From assembly GCF_001194135.2 (NCBI RefSeq), contig NC_068985.1, positions 32,144,865 to 32,208,864 of the forward strand: 64,000 nt of DNA, in the 5' to 3' direction. The position numbers and the translations under genes are program-made. Of the stretch, positions 62,805 to 64,000 are shown in pieces (position 1 is the stretch's first letter; every line of letters starts with the position of its first letter). The DNA is from Octopus bimaculoides. Taxonomy: Eukaryota. The notes beneath the pieces are model-generated. The model was not told the origin of the DNA. It did no database searches and saw nothing but the letters and a program-made list of their open reading frames with translations.

Positions 62805-63179
62805 TTACCTCCACCTTAGTGAAGGTGGGGGTATTGTTTTCAGTCATGTTTGTTTGTTTGTTTGTTTGTTCATGGACAAGATATCTCAAGAACTGCTGGA
62901 TGGATTCGGATGAAACTTTCAGGGATGTTTGGCCTCATGACTAGCATGAACTGATTAGATTTTGGGATCAATCTGGTACTGGACAAGGATTCTGGATTAT
63001 TTTTCCAGTTTTTTTTTACTTAATTTTTGAGAGTGGTTGGGTTCGTTTTTAGTATTTTGTTTGTGACAACAGTTGAGTTTATTTCAGATATTCTCATTTA
63101 AAAAATCATCTCTGGTTAAGCGTTGTGATAACATTGGTGTTGCTTTGGCAGAGGTTTGTGTTCTCTGAGTGCTCTTGTT
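62805..63179 (+). mobile_element. Non-autonomous Helentron/DINE-1-like (HINE) element
   Basis: 5' TTACCTCCACCTTAGTGAAGGTGGGGG hairpin, (GTTT)n tract, GGATGGATTCGGATGAAACTTTCAGG core and 3' TTGGCAGAGGTTTGTGTTCTCTGAGTGCTC; this is the usual HINE layout. Confidence 0.7.
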
Positions 63180-63214
63180 GTTGTTATTATTGATATTATT
63201 ATTATTATTATTAT

Positions 63215-63435
63215 TATTATAGCACACTGGACAAAGTGTTTGGTGACATTTTGGACATTTTGTCTGTCTTTACGTTATGGGTTCAAATTCCACCGAGATC
63301 CACTTTGCCTTTCATCTTTTTGGGGTCAATAGAATAAGTACCAGCTGAACACTGGAGTTGATCTAATCACATTAACCCCTTCCCATTAATTTCAGGCCTT
63401 GTACCTATAATAGAAAGCATTATTATTATTATTAT
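63215..63435 (+). mobile_element. tRNA-derived SINE between (ATT)n runs
   Basis: GGGTTCAAATTCC B box, TTTGCCTTTCATC...GGGGTCAATAGAATAAGTACCAG core and (ATT)n tail. Confidence 0.8.
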
Positions 63436-64000
63436 TGGATTTGTTTTATTGTTTTCTTATAGGCCTTTGAAAATTGTATTATGATATGATAAATTGTATT
63501 GCCTCTGTGTGTTGTGGCATTTGACCTAAATTCTGTTTTCTTCATGTCTGTTTAGGACAGGGTTTCTAAACTTAGGTAAATCTACCTCCAAAGAGTAATT
63601 TTTGCCTATCCAAAATGTGAATTTATTACAACATTTATATAATATTTCATAAAATTAGAATTTTTAAGGAATCTGAAATGTAAAAGAAAATTATAAGTCG
63701 GGTTAATGTGTAAAACAATACACTAAATACAATCTGTTGTCATGAGTTCGTGTTGAACTACATTGAAGTGTCAAGTATCTAAAGAGTGTACTTGCAGAAG
63801 AGAGAGACTGAAGTTAGCTACTTCGCTTGAAGTTTTGTGTCAACAAAAGCTGAACAGATTCTTTGGCCTGATCAATGTGTGTGTGTGTGTGGGGGGGGAA
63901 CTATGTGGTTAAGAAGTTCACTTTATAACCACGTGGGCTCATGTTCATTACCCTGTGTAGTGCCCTGGGCGAGTGTGTTTCATTATGTCTTGTGTGTTTG

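Overview
AT-rich, repeat-dense animal genomic DNA with six N-gaps. The repeat families (RTE LINEs with (GAT)n tails, tRNA-derived SINEs) and microsatellite load suggest an octopus or other cephalopod scaffold (inference). Two real genes are visible, each by one coding exon, and neither is obvious in the ORF track. (1) On the minus strand is coding exon 1 of GSK3/shaggy (10644-10551, MSGRPRTTSFAEG..., phase-1 GTAAGT donor); the rest of that gene lies left of the window. (2) On the plus strand is the first coding exon of a KCTD-type BTB/T1 protein (46566-46741); its intron appears to run past the right edge. The rest is mostly decayed transposons: several RTE LINE copies (one near full length at 22.3-26.0 kb), a Ty3/Gypsy remnant with a 3' LTR, an R4/Dong-like RLE element, two mariners, a Tigger/pogo, a hAT, a rearranged Helitron, a HINE-like element and many SINE/tail fragments. 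I found no convincing new multi-gene system. The best leads are: a uORF overlapping the GSK3 start codon; near-perfect inverted repeats that could form dsRNA; a recurrent 15-bp intergenic motif; a promoter-like solo-LTR cassette; and a candidate signal-peptide exon head-to-head with the KCTD gene.
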